Below, in pieces: positions 46,806 through 57,119 of a DNA stretch of 64,000 bases. Source of the DNA: Alphaproteobacteria bacterium (lineage in GTDB: Bacteria; Pseudomonadota; Alphaproteobacteria; Rs-D84). The stretch lies in contig WRCC01000003.1 in the NCBI GenBank assembly GCA_009784235.1, forward strand, positions 328 through 64,327. Reading direction: 5' to 3'. Below the pieces are notes generated by a model. The model made no database searches, was not told the origin of the DNA, and worked only from the letters and a program-made list of their open reading frames with translations. Each line of letters opens with the position of its first letter. Positions within the stretch are counted from its first letter, which is position 1. Position numbers and translations under genes: made by a program.

Positions 46806-47408
46806 ATGCCGAACTTTGAAATCGAAAATTCTTGTGCTCGTGAATTAATCGCTGGTGTTGACGAAGCCGGCCGCGGCCCGCTGTGCGGACCGGTTGTCGC
46901 GGCGGCTGTAATATTTTTAAATCACAATGATGTAAATATTTTTATCAATGATTCCAAAAAAATGACCGCCGCTGCGCGCAATGCTGCGTACGAATTCCTG
47001 ACGACCAATCCAAATATAATATGGGCAATTGGACAATGCAGTCCGACTGAAATTGATGAATTAAATATACTGCACGCCAGCATGTTGGCCATGAAACGCG
47101 CGGTCGATAATTTATCCACCACACCGAAATTCGTATTGGTTGATGGCAATCGCATGCCGCCCGATTTACACGGTCGCGCGATTATACAGGGCGATTCAAA
47201 ATCATTATCCATCGCCGCGGCATCAATTATTGCAAAGGTTACCCGCGACAGAATTATGCAAAAACTGGCCGCAGAATTCCCCGAATATGGATGGGACAGA
47301 AATGCTGGGTATCCCACTGTTGCACATATGGCCGCCATTCAAAAATTTGGAATTAATGAACATTACCGTAAAACTTTCGCACCAGTTAAAAAAATAATAT
47401 GTGCATAA
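46806..47408 (+). CDS. rnhB: Ribonuclease HII
   Basis: GVDEAGRGPLCGPVVAAAV, DSK.....R and SIAAASIIAKVTRD. Confidence 0.92.
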   Translation: MPNFEIENSCARELIAGVDEAGRGPLCGPVVAAAVIFLNHNDVNIFINDSKKMTAAARNAAYEFLTTNPNIIWAIGQCSPTEIDELNILHASMLAMKRAVDNLSTTPKFVLVDGNRMPPDLHGRAIIQGDSKSLSIAAASIIAKVTRDRIMQKLAAEFPEYGWDRNAGYPTVAHMAAIQKFGINEHYRKTFAPVKKIICA

Positions 47409-47490
47409 AAATATAACTACATTCGTTTATTGTTTGTTTTGTTTGTCCAACAATGATATAATCTATGATAGCAGAGAGAGGAATGTTATC

Positions 47491-48549
47491 ATGAAAAAAA
47501 CCATCATTTGTTCACTGTTTATTGCGATTGCGTCCGTTGCGGCGGCTTTTGCAGCACCAAATCACGACGAATCCCGACTGATGATTGGGCCAGGCGCCGG
47601 ACGTGGAGTGGTGGCCGTCTGCACCGAAGGAGCAACGGATACATCATGCCCGACAGGTCGGACAGGCATCAGAGTATGCCGCGGCGGACAATGGGACACC
47701 AGCGGATGCACGGCGACTACGCCGGCGGCACGAACCGGCAGAGTGACGGACTTCACAGCGGCAGAGTGCTATTGGCAAAAACCGGAATGCGAAGCAGCAA
47801 GACAACGGTCAGCCAATGCAGCTGGCGAACAATGTGAAGATACGCCGCATGGAGCGGGAGTGACCATTTACTGTATAACAACCATAGGCGCAAACAGCGG
47901 ATTGGGCGCATTGGTTGCGGGCGGCGGCGGTTCGGGTACCGGAACAACGACGCCAACAACGCTAACTGCACCACCTGTTGCATCGGTGGTCACAACATCC
48001 GAAATAGCAGCGCCGGCGCCTGAAACCGTGCGAACAGAAACTCTATTACTACCTTTGCAGCCTGGTCACTTCCGGACCGAACAAGAATGCAGAAATGCAA
48101 TTATTGGTCAAGCTGGTAAAACTTGTTTGTTCTCATCACCCACAGACTCTTGGAGGATTGCAGACCAATCTGAAACCGACACAATAAACCAAAGGAATGC
48201 TGATGACAGGTCCGCAGAACAACAGCGCCTGGAAAGAGCAGCAGCGGCACAAGGCGTGCATGTAAATACTATAATTCAACGAGAACAAAGACAACAAGAC
48301 CTAGACGCTGCTGCCGCAGAAAGAGAACTTAGCGCTCAAAGACCGGGTGCTGTCGTTGCTGAATCTGCTTGCACTGCTTTACCAAATGGCAGATTTACAC
48401 AAAATCGCAATGGCAACTATAATTGCACTTTTTCGCATGGTCCTGCGCATCCATGTGTGGCAACAGCCATACCAAGCAACAATCTCTTCAATGTTACAAG
48501 GGCCAACAGTACCATGGTGGCATGTACGCTGGCAATTGAAATTAATTAA
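47491..48549 (+). CDS. Exported cysteine-containing hypothetical protein (352 aa)
   Basis: ATG after a GAGAGAGG SD gives MKKTIICSLFIAIASVAAAFA. The mature N-terminus is APNHDESRLMIGPG. Has a Cys-rich N-terminal third, a G/T/P linker and a Q/R/E-rich helical stretch. Confidence 0.6.
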   Translation: MKKTIICSLFIAIASVAAAFAAPNHDESRLMIGPGAGRGVVAVCTEGATDTSCPTGRTGIRVCRGGQWDTSGCTATTPAARTGRVTDFTAAECYWQKPECEAARQRSANAAGEQCEDTPHGAGVTIYCITTIGANSGLGALVAGGGGSGTGTTTPTTLTAPPVASVVTTSEIAAPAPETVRTETLLLPLQPGHFRTEQECRNAIIGQAGKTCLFSSPTDSWRIADQSETDTINQRNADDRSAEQQRLERAAAAQGVHVNTIIQREQRQQDLDAAAAERELSAQRPGAVVAESACTALPNGRFTQNRNGNYNCTFSHGPAHPCVATAIPSNNLFNVTRANSTMVACTLAIEIN

Positions 48550-48590
48550 GATTAAGTGAATTAAAAATGTCCGCCGCAGGTGGGCATTTT

Positions 48591-49577
48591 TTATATCCTG
48601 ATTACAATCGCGGCCCACATGTACAGAACCAGCAAACTCATGTACAACACCGCCGTCCAGCGCGATATCTTTTTCCATACGAATAGATTTAACGAAAGCA
48701 TGACCAATGCCGCACACATCACCCAGACATCGAAATACGAAATATGCTTACTGGTTGGCAAATCGATGACCAATGCGCCAATCGGCACGACCAATGCGAT
48801 GTTCATCAGATTGCTGCCGATAATATTTCCAACCGCGATTTGCGGCCGGCGGCGTATCGCGGCCAAAATCGTAACAATCAATTCTGGCATGGATGTACCC
48901 GGCCCAACTATTAATAATCCGGCCAAAGTCTGGTCCAGATGATTTACCCGCGCAACAATTTGCAGTGCATCCATAAACCGTTCCGAACCAATATAGATAA
49001 GGCCGATACCAAACAAGACCAGCATGACTAATCCCATCATCGTGTTTTGGAAAAAATATAATACTCCGGCAATGGTTCCGGGCGGTGGCGCGGATTTGGT
49101 ATCTGTGGTGGATGTTGCATCCGGCTCTCTCTCCTTGGCCGCGCGGATTGCATAAAATAGATATGCGGCGAATATTCCAAACAGCACAATTGCTTCCATC
49201 CAGCCGATTACACGGAACAAACACATCACGGTAAATATTGCGGTCGCAATCCACAGGAATGCAAAATCAACAATATGCTTGCGCCCATCTAATATAATAG
49301 GCGTCAGGAAAGCACCAACGCCAATAACACCCCAGATGTCAACAATGTTCGATGAAATATTATTGCTGATGACCAGTGTACCCAAATCGCGATGACCAGA
49401 TATCAGCGATACAAATATTTCCGGCATTGATGTGCCGATTCCGATGACAATGACTGATATAATAAATTCAGACAATCCACGTTTGCGCGATATGCCAACG
49501 GTACCACGCACCAGCCAATCGCCACCGACCAGCATCAGTCCACCACCAATAAACAAGTGAAGCCATTCCATAAACAT
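48591..49577 (-). CDS. Ca2+/cation antiporter (CaCA family, YrbG-like)
   Basis: Two homologous halves, each with an alpha-repeat GTSMPE motif (IGIGTSMPEIFVS and VGPGTSMPELIVT). Polytopic membrane protein. Confidence 0.85.
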   Translation of the reverse strand: MFMEWLHLFIGGGLMLVGGDWLVRGTVGISRKRGLSEFIISVIVIGIGTSMPEIFVSLISGHRDLGTLVISNNISSNIVDIWGVIGVGAFLTPIILDGRKHIVDFAFLWIATAIFTVMCLFRVIGWMEAIVLFGIFAAYLFYAIRAAKEREPDATSTTDTKSAPPPGTIAGVLYFFQNTMMGLVMLVLFGIGLIYIGSERFMDALQIVARVNHLDQTLAGLLIVGPGTSMPELIVTILAAIRRRPQIAVGNIIGSNLMNIALVVPIGALVIDLPTSKHISYFDVWVMCAALVMLSLNLFVWKKISRWTAVLYMSLLVLYMWAAIVIRI

Positions 49578-49620
49578 AACGATGGCATTTTATAAAAAAA
49601 TAATTGATTTTGGGATAAGA

Positions 49621-52600
49621 TTAAATACCGATTTTATGATTTAATTTCAGCATAAATATCGATTCGTTTCCAAAGCGGTCTGTATGATTTGGATTGTCAC
49701 GGTATATAAATCCAAATGCACCGTTCGTTGCGGGGCCAAGCGGCGTGCGATATGCCATTGAAAATCTTGTTTCGCGATTACGCGCCGCCATGTTCAAATT
49801 CGCAATGTATGATTCGCCCACAACATCATATCCAGCATCCGTTTCAACCAGTTCATAGTCACCGGTTACGTATTGCATCATGCCGCGCGTCACGCCCAAC
49901 GGCCGCGCGATATTAAACGACCAACCGCCATATTCCATTCCGACAGAATAAGCATCCGACCGCAGGTCCGACAATCCCAAAATAAATTCGCCATTCGGAT
50001 TACCGCGTGTTTGTGCATGGGTTGCGCGCATATTGAATCGCAATCTTTCACCCGCACGCACAACTGCAACATTATCAATATAAATCGTACCGCCGCCGCC
50101 CAAATTCAAAAGCCCATCTGAATAAGCGCCCAAAACTGTATCCGATTCATTTACAAATCCAATGTTCGCACCAAATGCAAATACACCCATATCGTACATC
50201 GCACCAGATTCAATACCATGCACACCGCCCAGTCGTGCATGTTGTATGCGTCCGGAAATCGACGGGTCGTTTTCAAGCAGGCCTTCGTCTGTCACACTGC
50301 CCGCAAAGCCACGTGCACCGAATGACCAGCGTCCAAATTTATATTGCGCGTCACTTGACACCGCGTGCGATGCCAATCCAAGAATCGGATTTTCGCCATC
50401 ACCGCGCAATATTTTTGCATCACCCGCATGGCGTTCGTATTTCGCACCGAATGACCAATCACCAAATGATTGGCGTAATGATAGTTTATCCAGATTTCCA
50501 TATTCATCGCGACCGGAATTCAAACTTTCACGAAAAGACATTTTGAAATCAAGTCCGCCCGCCGATGATTCATGTTCATCCAATGTCGTTTTGAAATCAC
50601 CCAATACATCACCCATGGAAACAGCGCGTCGACCAGCCGATAAATCAAAAGAATTTTCAAATATACGCGCCATTGACATAGTGCCATCCGCGGATTCAAC
50701 ATAATCAAATACTGGTGCAGATACAGTGCCCAGGTCCAACCCGAATACGCCGGACGATGCAAAACCGGTTGCCGCCGCCGATGCACCGGATACACTTGCC
50801 GTACGCCATACTGCATTACCGGCGGATGAATTTATCCGGTCACCCGTAAAGAAAAATACCCGTGTTCCCGGACGCGTTGCGCGTTCCAGATTGACCAATC
50901 CGTATCCAAATACTTCGGCGAATATGTCGGCGTAATTGCTGCCGTCTGCCAGAACCTGACTTTGATATTGGCCCGGTAATGTATAAAGATTTTGTAATTG
51001 TGCCGCGGTCAAAGCACGTCCATCAGACGTCACAGCCAACAACGTAAATATCTGTTGATTCGTCATGTATGAAAATGCGCCTTGGACTGAACCAACCGCA
51101 CCGGCCATTGCGGCAACGGCTTGCTCTGTTGTTGCGCCCGCGGCTGCAAAGCACCATGGATCAACGGTTGATGTCCCGCGGCCCGCCATGCCGCATGCAC
51201 GCGCCGCGTACGTATTTGTGCCATCAGACCACGCAGACAATCCAATTGTTCCGCGGCCGCCCGTGCCATCGTATCCGGCCACAGTACCAACGTTCGCGGT
51301 ACCAGTTCCGCCACCAAATTGCACCGCAACAACCGACATAAACAAATGACGCAAGTTTGCATACAAAGCGGGCGCATAGTTTTCCAACGTCGCATCCAAA
51401 ATCGAAATTGTTGAATCCGGCCCGATACCAAATTTATATTCGCCAGTTCCAAAAATTAACATTTGATTTGACAGTGTCGAAAACGCTTGGTTCGCAATCA
51501 GCCCCTGCTTTTCTGTATCGGTTGCATCGGCCCACGCGCTGCGGTCATAATATTGATGTATTAATTGAAAATATGCACCCAGGTTAGATGAAGTCAGTCC
51601 CAAATTCTGCATCGATGATACAGTCAGTGTATTTGTATTCCGCATTTCTGGCACCACTGCCGCATTCGCAATGATGGATGTTCCAGACCCGCGGCCATAC
51701 CCGCTGATTGCGTCCAATATAGCGCCGAAATTTTGATAATCTTGGTCGGCCAATGTTCCGGCCAGAATAATATCCGTGCCATTAATTTCAAACACATTTT
51801 GCGACGCACCACCGACATTATCATACGCCAAACCATTACGTCCAATGAACCATACTATGTTGGATTCGCCCGGTGCCGTCAAAGTCAATAACCCGGTCGT
51901 CGCATCAAAAGATGCAGTATAAGTAACACCACCGATATCAATGGATGTAACGGTTGCGAATGTTGTGCCGCCAACAACGTTATCGCCTTCGACAGTTCCA
52001 GATGTGTCCGCAGTCCATAATTTCCCACCGCCGGTGCGATACAGCAATAATTGGCCATTGGGCAAGAATCCGTAAAAATCGCCGACGTCCGGTGTTATGT
52101 CGCCTTCCCATCCTGCAACAATTTTCGCCAATGACGATTCGTAATCGGACGCGTACGGGTTAAATACACTGCCATGGCCGGAATAATCAAACCATGGAAA
52201 TTCATTCAATATATTTACATCAATATTTGCATATTTGCGCGTGACATTTGCTTCGTACCGAATGCATACGCCGCCCGCCATCTGCAAACAATTATTCAAA
52301 TTAGTAAATCCGATAAATCCGTCCGCCGCACTGCCCGTTGGATTGATACCATGCGCGGTAATCAAAGCAACCGGAATCGGCCGACCACCGCCAACAGTGA
52401 CGCTGGTCAGCGGTTCGCTGCCTGTATATCCGCGGAATTCAAATGTAAAATTGGCCAAATTTTGCGGTGTGCGCGTTGCATTATTCAAACGCAAGGTTGA
52501 TTGACCAAGATATCCACGCGCGAACGGCGCATATCCATGCATCATCAATAAATAATTCTGGCGATTGGCGACCAAGCTGCCCGTCAATGGGTCGCGCCCG

Positions 52601-53262
52601 GACATAAATGCGAATGTCCAATCTCTTACATTCTGGCTGCCCACTGGGTTATTCGGACTGTATAAATTTAATTCATCAGTAAAATCGTATCCCGGTTGCA
52701 ATGTCGCCGGTCCAACGGGCAAAGCGCCCACCGACCATTCAGTTCCGGTGCCATTATTATTTCCACCACCACCCGGCGGATTGGTTGTCGGACGGTCACC
52801 GCCACCACCAGTAGAATTATTATTACCACTGCCGTTCAGTGCGTTCGCAACAAAATACACCCCACCTGCGACAATGGCCGCCCCTGCGGCGGCCAAAGCT
52901 ATACTTTGGGCTGTGGACAATCCGCTGAACAGCCCGCCGGATTCTTCACGCGGCAATCGTTGTCGATATTGTCGGATCTGTCGGTCGCATCCGGATGAAT
53001 CCGCACCATGCAATTGCAATATTTGAGCCGCACGCACATCGTTATTCATCAATGCCGTGCAAACAATCGATAATCCAGTTGAATCAATAAAGTTAACGTT
53101 TGCGCCCGCAGCAATCAATCTTTGAACCTGGGCCACATCGCCAGCGCGTGCGGACGACAATAATTGCGCCGCCATTTGGAATTCAGTCGCAGCAGACGCA
53201 CCCGCACCAAAAGCGCAGAAACCAAGTAACACAGCAAAAATTTTAATACGTTTCAGAAACAT
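49621..53262 (-). CDS. Very large exported protein: N-terminal ankyrin-like repeats, degenerate subtilase-like segment, beta-rich C-terminal region
   Basis: Signal peptide. ARAGDVAQVQRLIAAGANVNFIDSTGLS...ALMNNDVRAAQILQLHGAD is ankyrin-like. AAGATTEQAVAAMAGAVGSV......FGYGLVNLERA resembles the S8 Ser-box region with no Ser at the expected place. The last ~330 aa have an alternating beta pattern. Confidence 0.7.
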   Translation of the reverse strand: MFLKRIKIFAVLLGFCAFGAGASAATEFQMAAQLLSSARAGDVAQVQRLIAAGANVNFIDSTGLSIVCTALMNNDVRAAQILQLHGADSSGCDRQIRQYRQRLPREESGGLFSGLSTAQSIALAAAGAAIVAGGVYFVANALNGSGNNNSTGGGGDRPTTNPPGGGGNNNGTGTEWSVGALPVGPATLQPGYDFTDELNLYSPNNPVGSQNVRDWTFAFMSGRDPLTGSLVANRQNYLLMMHGYAPFARGYLGQSTLRLNNATRTPQNLANFTFEFRGYTGSEPLTSVTVGGGRPIPVALITAHGINPTGSAADGFIGFTNLNNCLQMAGGVCIRYEANVTRKYANIDVNILNEFPWFDYSGHGSVFNPYASDYESSLAKIVAGWEGDITPDVGDFYGFLPNGQLLLYRTGGGKLWTADTSGTVEGDNVVGGTTFATVTSIDIGGVTYTASFDATTGLLTLTAPGESNIVWFIGRNGLAYDNVGGASQNVFEINGTDIILAGTLADQDYQNFGAILDAISGYGRGSGTSIIANAAVVPEMRNTNTLTVSSMQNLGLTSSNLGAYFQLIHQYYDRSAWADATDTEKQGLIANQAFSTLSNQMLIFGTGEYKFGIGPDSTISILDATLENYAPALYANLRHLFMSVVAVQFGGGTGTANVGTVAGYDGTGGRGTIGLSAWSDGTNTYAARACGMAGRGTSTVDPWCFAAAGATTEQAVAAMAGAVGSVQGAFSYMTNQQIFTLLAVTSDGRALTAAQLQNLYTLPGQYQSQVLADGSNYADIFAEVFGYGLVNLERATRPGTRVFFFTGDRINSSAGNAVWRTASVSGASAAATGFASSGVFGLDLGTVSAPVFDYVESADGTMSMARIFENSFDLSAGRRAVSMGDVLGDFKTTLDEHESSAGGLDFKMSFRESLNSGRDEYGNLDKLSLRQSFGDWSFGAKYERHAGDAKILRGDGENPILGLASHAVSSDAQYKFGRWSFGARGFAGSVTDEGLLENDPSISGRIQHARLGGVHGIESGAMYDMGVFAFGANIGFVNESDTVLGAYSDGLLNLGGGGTIYIDNVAVVRAGERLRFNMRATHAQTRGNPNGEFILGLSDLRSDAYSVGMEYGGWSFNIARPLGVTRGMMQYVTGDYELVETDAGYDVVGESYIANLNMAARNRETRFSMAYRTPLGPATNGAFGFIYRDNPNHTDRFGNESIFMLKLNHKIGI

Positions 53263-53344
53263 AATTCTCTCTGAAACTTATTATAGTATAAATTGAATTT
53301 TTTTCGCAAGGGAAAAAAGCACACAAACAAAATTAAAAATCAAA

Positions 53345-53824
53345 TCATTTTGCTGTTATTACCATTGCAGTGCGTAGAACAGAATCACCAAACATAAATC
53401 CGCCTTGGAATTCTTTGATAATTGTATCCGCGGGCGCATCAGATTCTTCGGTATTAATCGCATTATGAAATGCTGGATTTAATTTCTGACCGATTGTCTC
53501 AATGCGCGTGATGCCAACGCGTGCCAAAGCATTTTCCGCCGCAGCCGCCAATGTGCGCAATCCGTCATCCCCCGAATTATGCGCGATTGCCGCATCAATT
53601 GCATCAATCAGCGGTATAAAGTTTTCCGCAACCGACATTGCACGGATGCGCGCACGTGATTCAATATCAATCGCTGCACGTCGTTTTACATTTTCCATTT
53701 CTGCCCGCGCCCGCAAATATTTATCAGACAATTCTGCAATCATAACCTGCAAATCAGCATTATCGTCTGCGCATTCTGTGGCCGCAACATTGCATTCGTT
53801 TAATTCTTTATTTTCATCTGTCAT
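53345..53824 (-). CDS. grpE: Nucleotide exchange factor GrpE
   Basis: KYLRARAEMENVKRR, GI..IE..GQKLNP..H.A and V...Q.G. are the GrpE pattern. Short form (159 aa). Confidence 0.88.
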   Translation of the reverse strand: MTDENKELNECNVAATECADDNADLQVMIAELSDKYLRARAEMENVKRRAAIDIESRARIRAMSVAENFIPLIDAIDAAIAHNSGDDGLRTLAAAAENALARVGITRIETIGQKLNPAFHNAINTEESDAPADTIIKEFQGGFMFGDSVLRTAMVITAK

Positions 53825-54519
53825 TATATTGCCTTTACTATCGGTAAAAAATCCGCGGGTGTTAACGAAGCACCGCCGACCAAAACGCCGCCGACGTGCG
53901 CGATGCCCATAATTTCCGCCGCATTTGAACCTTTGACCGAACCGCCGTATAAAATCGGCACGCTTTCACCTACGATGTTCGCAATATGCGCATGCATTTC
54001 GCGGATGTCATCCATGGTTGGGACCAATCCAGTTCCAATCGCCCATACTGGCTCGTATGCTATCACTATTTCGCCCGATGCGTCACCGGGAATTGATTCC
54101 CGAATTTGCGCGCCAACAATGTCGAACGCCCTGCCCGCTTCTTTTTCACCCTTTGTTTCACCAACACATATAATTGGAATCAAGTTATTTTCAAGTGCCC
54201 GGGCTGCCTTGGCCGCCACAATTGCATTTGTTTCGCCGTGGTATTGCCGACGTTCGGAATGCCCGACGATAACGTATTTCGCACCGGTTTCCGCAATCAT
54301 TTTTGCCGACACTTCGCCGGTATATGCACCCGATGCGTGCGTGCTGACATCTTGTGCGCCGATTGCCACACTTGCGCTGGACGCGACCACCAGATACGGA
54401 AACGGGGGACATATTATAATGGTCGCATCTGTCTTGACATCGCCCAGCGCACCAATCATGATATCCAGCGCCGCGGCCGACCCGTTCATTTTCCAATTTC
54501 CTGCGATTATTTTTTGCAT
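53824..54519 (-). CDS. tpiA: Triosephosphate isomerase
   Basis: MQKIIAGNWKMNG, VGHSERR, ICVGE, AYEPVWAIGTG and LYGGSV. ATG at 54519. The stop overlaps the grpE start (TAATG). Confidence 0.93.
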   Translation of the reverse strand: MQKIIAGNWKMNGSAAALDIMIGALGDVKTDATIIICPPFPYLVVASSASVAIGAQDVSTHASGAYTGEVSAKMIAETGAKYVIVGHSERRQYHGETNAIVAAKAARALENNLIPIICVGETKGEKEAGRAFDIVGAQIRESIPGDASGEIVIAYEPVWAIGTGLVPTMDDIREMHAHIANIVGESVPILYGGSVKGSNAAEIMGIAHVGGVLVGGASLTPADFLPIVKAI

Positions 54520-54622
54520 AATTTTGCCTTTATTTTGTAACCAGTAAAATTTACCATTTTCCGCTTGCAGGGGCAAGCATAACTTTGTAAAGTCCAGAAA
54601 CATAGGAATAAAGGATAAAATC

Positions 54623-56056
54623 ATGTTGGAATATTTTCGTAATGCTTCGGATAAACCTGTTACAAAAATACTGATGGGCGTTTTGATATTTTCGTTCGTC
54701 GGATGGGGCGTTGCCGAATGGGTCTTGGGCGGCGGTTCCACGGACGATGCGATTATTCGCGTTGGCGGCCGACCAGTAACAATGCAACATTTCGAACAAG
54801 AGCGTGGCCGCCAATTATCCATGATGGACCGGGCCCAGCAACGGCAACTGTACGCTGACCGCCAATTGCAAATTGCGTTCAGCCAACAGATTCTGCAACA
54901 ATTGTCATCGCAAATGATGCTGGACGCGCGTGCGTATGATTTGGGATTCACGGTGACGAATGCAGCCGTTGCCGCGGCAATTCGCAGCGAACCTGCATTT
55001 ATGGAAAACGGCCGCTTTTCGCCCGCGAAATTCGATTCGGTTTTGTTTGCAAATGGCTTGACTGAAACCGGCTTTGCCGCACATCTGCGCGGACAAATAT
55101 TGCGTGATATGGTTGTGTCATCCGTTGCATCCGCACCCACAGTTCCGGATTTTATGGTGACAGCAATGCATATCGCACGCGGCCGTGCACGTGATATTGA
55201 ATTTCAAACCATAAAATTCGCGGACTTCAAAGCACCAACAAATCCGACCGATGATAATTTGCGCGAAACGTACGCAAAAAATCCAAAAACAATTCCAGAA
55301 TTTCGCACAGTTTCGTATGTATTGGTCACGGCAAAAATGGAACAACCGGATGAACACGACCGCGCGTATGTTGCGGCGCAAAGACTGGAAGATTCTTTGA
55401 TTGGCGGCGAAACGATGGCCGCAGCTGCAAAAAGACATAATGCGAAACATGTTGCATTGGCACCGATTAATGCCGCGCGCGCGCACAAAGATGGCAAAAC
55501 AACAACCGATGCCTTCATTGATAATTCTGTTATTGCCGTGATATTTGCATTGGACGAAGGTATGGAATCCGAAATCATCGAAACCAAATCTGGATTTGCA
55601 ATTTTACGCGTTGAAAAAATCGCGCCAGCGCATATCGCCGATATGGAATCAATGCGCAAAGAATTGGTTACGGAATGGCAACGCGATGAACAGCGCAAAC
55701 AAGCATATCTGCGCGCGAATGAAATTCTGGTCGCCGCGAATACAGCCGGAAAATCGATTGGAAAACCCGTGCGCGTGACGCGTGCATCTGGCGCACCGCT
55801 GGAAGTATTATATGCCGCATTCGCAAATCCAGTTGGCGCAAAAACGATAATCCAGGGCCGCGATGCATTTTATGTTTTATATGTAAAAACATCAATTGCA
55901 CCGCCGAAATTGGATGATAAGAAACGCGCAGAATTAACCAAAGACGCCGCGACATCGTTGGGACGCGTTATGTTGGATGATTATTCTGCATTCCTGTCGC
56001 GCAAATATCCGGTGAAAATAAATAATAAACTTTTCCGCCGGTTATTCGGGGAATAA
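54623..56056 (+). CDS. Periplasmic chaperone, PpiD-like (SurA N-terminal-domain protein)
   Basis: N-terminal MLEYFRNASDKPVTKILMGVLIFSFVGWGV signal-anchor and overall PpiD-like layout. No clear parvulin catalytic motif seen. Confidence 0.7.
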   Translation: MLEYFRNASDKPVTKILMGVLIFSFVGWGVAEWVLGGGSTDDAIIRVGGRPVTMQHFEQERGRQLSMMDRAQQRQLYADRQLQIAFSQQILQQLSSQMMLDARAYDLGFTVTNAAVAAAIRSEPAFMENGRFSPAKFDSVLFANGLTETGFAAHLRGQILRDMVVSSVASAPTVPDFMVTAMHIARGRARDIEFQTIKFADFKAPTNPTDDNLRETYAKNPKTIPEFRTVSYVLVTAKMEQPDEHDRAYVAAQRLEDSLIGGETMAAAAKRHNAKHVALAPINAARAHKDGKTTTDAFIDNSVIAVIFALDEGMESEIIETKSGFAILRVEKIAPAHIADMESMRKELVTEWQRDEQRKQAYLRANEILVAANTAGKSIGKPVRVTRASGAPLEVLYAAFANPVGAKTIIQGRDAFYVLYVKTSIAPPKLDDKKRAELTKDAATSLGRVMLDDYSAFLSRKYPVKINNKLFRRLFGE

Positions 56057-56108
56057 AAAAACAAACAACAAATAAAAAAAGTTGTCCATTATAATGGACA
56101 ACTTTTTT

Positions 56109-57119
56109 TTATGGTTGCAATGGGACGAAGAAACCAGTGCGTACATCTGTAAATCTTATAACGCCGGCGCGGGCAACGCCGTTATAATGCGTAACCGGAA
56201 TATCGCATGGATATTCAATACAGTCCGGCATCGGTATCTGAACATTTTCCAGCGCGGCGCGGCCGTAATGCCATTCGCCGGTGATTGGGTCTTGTGCGCG
56301 GGCCCAGCATGCTTTTTGAACACCAGACATCGGGTCAGCACCAAAATTCGCCATATTGCACGGCACGCCCGCACCGCGCCCCATTACATCTGCAAAGTTT
56401 CCGCGCGCATCGAATGGGTCCGTCTGATGTGTAAATTTAAAATGCAGCGGCAGATAGGTATTCTTTGAAATTATCCCTTGCCGATGCCCAACCAAAGTCA
56501 CGGTCGTATCCAGCACGCTATTATCGCCGTTAATCCCACGAACATTAAAAGAACACGGATATTCGGTACATTTCGGCATTGTGAAAACTGTATTTTCGCT
56601 GGACAATAATCCATATGTTTCTGTGCCCGTATGGTCATAGAAGTATACTTGGCATGCTTTCAACACGCCGCTCATCGGGTCGCCGCCCAGCGCCGTCGAA
56701 TTACACGTAACCGTCTGTCCGTCGGGTGAATAGTCAAAAATCCGACCGCGTGCATCGAACGGATTTAGATTGCCTGTATATTTGAACGTTAATATCGGGG
56801 CCAGACCACGCGATGGCAATACTATTAATCTGGCCGCATCGCGCACCGCGATATTATTCGCCCAATCATTTGTTGCAAATGCGCCATCGCCATAAGACGT
56901 CGGCGCGATACCAACACGTTCGTTGCATATATCAACCGTTTTCAAAACATATTCCATGTTCGCAGCCGTTCCGCCATGCGCATTGTTTGAAATCAAGCAT
57001 CCGGCCAGCGCAAAATACCGCCGCACAAATTCAATATTCGCCGCCGGCGCCATCGCATTAACCGATGCGGGCAGTGCCATGCAAAAAGAAAATAAAGTTG
57101 CGCGAAAAAAATTCATCAT
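56109..57119 (-). CDS. Exported hypothetical protein with internal ~110-aa tandem duplication
   Basis: Signal peptide MMNFFRATLFSFCMALPASVNA. Repeats are F[KT]..N.[ND]PFDARG...C......G.DPMSGV.KAC..........P.C.EYPC. Confidence 0.6.
   Translation of the reverse strand: MMNFFRATLFSFCMALPASVNAMAPAANIEFVRRYFALAGCLISNNAHGGTAANMEYVLKTVDICNERVGIAPTSYGDGAFATNDWANNIAVRDAARLIVLPSRGLAPILTFKYTGNLNPFDARGRIFDYSPDGQTVTCNSTALGGDPMSGVLKACQVYFYDHTGTETYGLLSSENTVFTMPKCTEYPCSFNVRGINGDNSVLDTTVTLVGHRQGIISKNTYLPLHFKFTHQTDPFDARGNFADVMGRGAGVPCNMANFGADPMSGVQKACWARAQDPITGEWHYGRAALENVQIPMPDCIEYPCDIPVTHYNGVARAGVIRFTDVRTGFFVPLQP

Noticed and set aside
54520-55140. Upstream 200-aa extension of the tpiA ORF (438-aa ORF 53824-55140)
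   Set aside because: TpiA homology begins exactly at MQKIIAGNWKMNG (ATG 54519). The extension is Cys/Arg-rich nonsense and overlaps the well-supported plus-strand PpiD-like gene.
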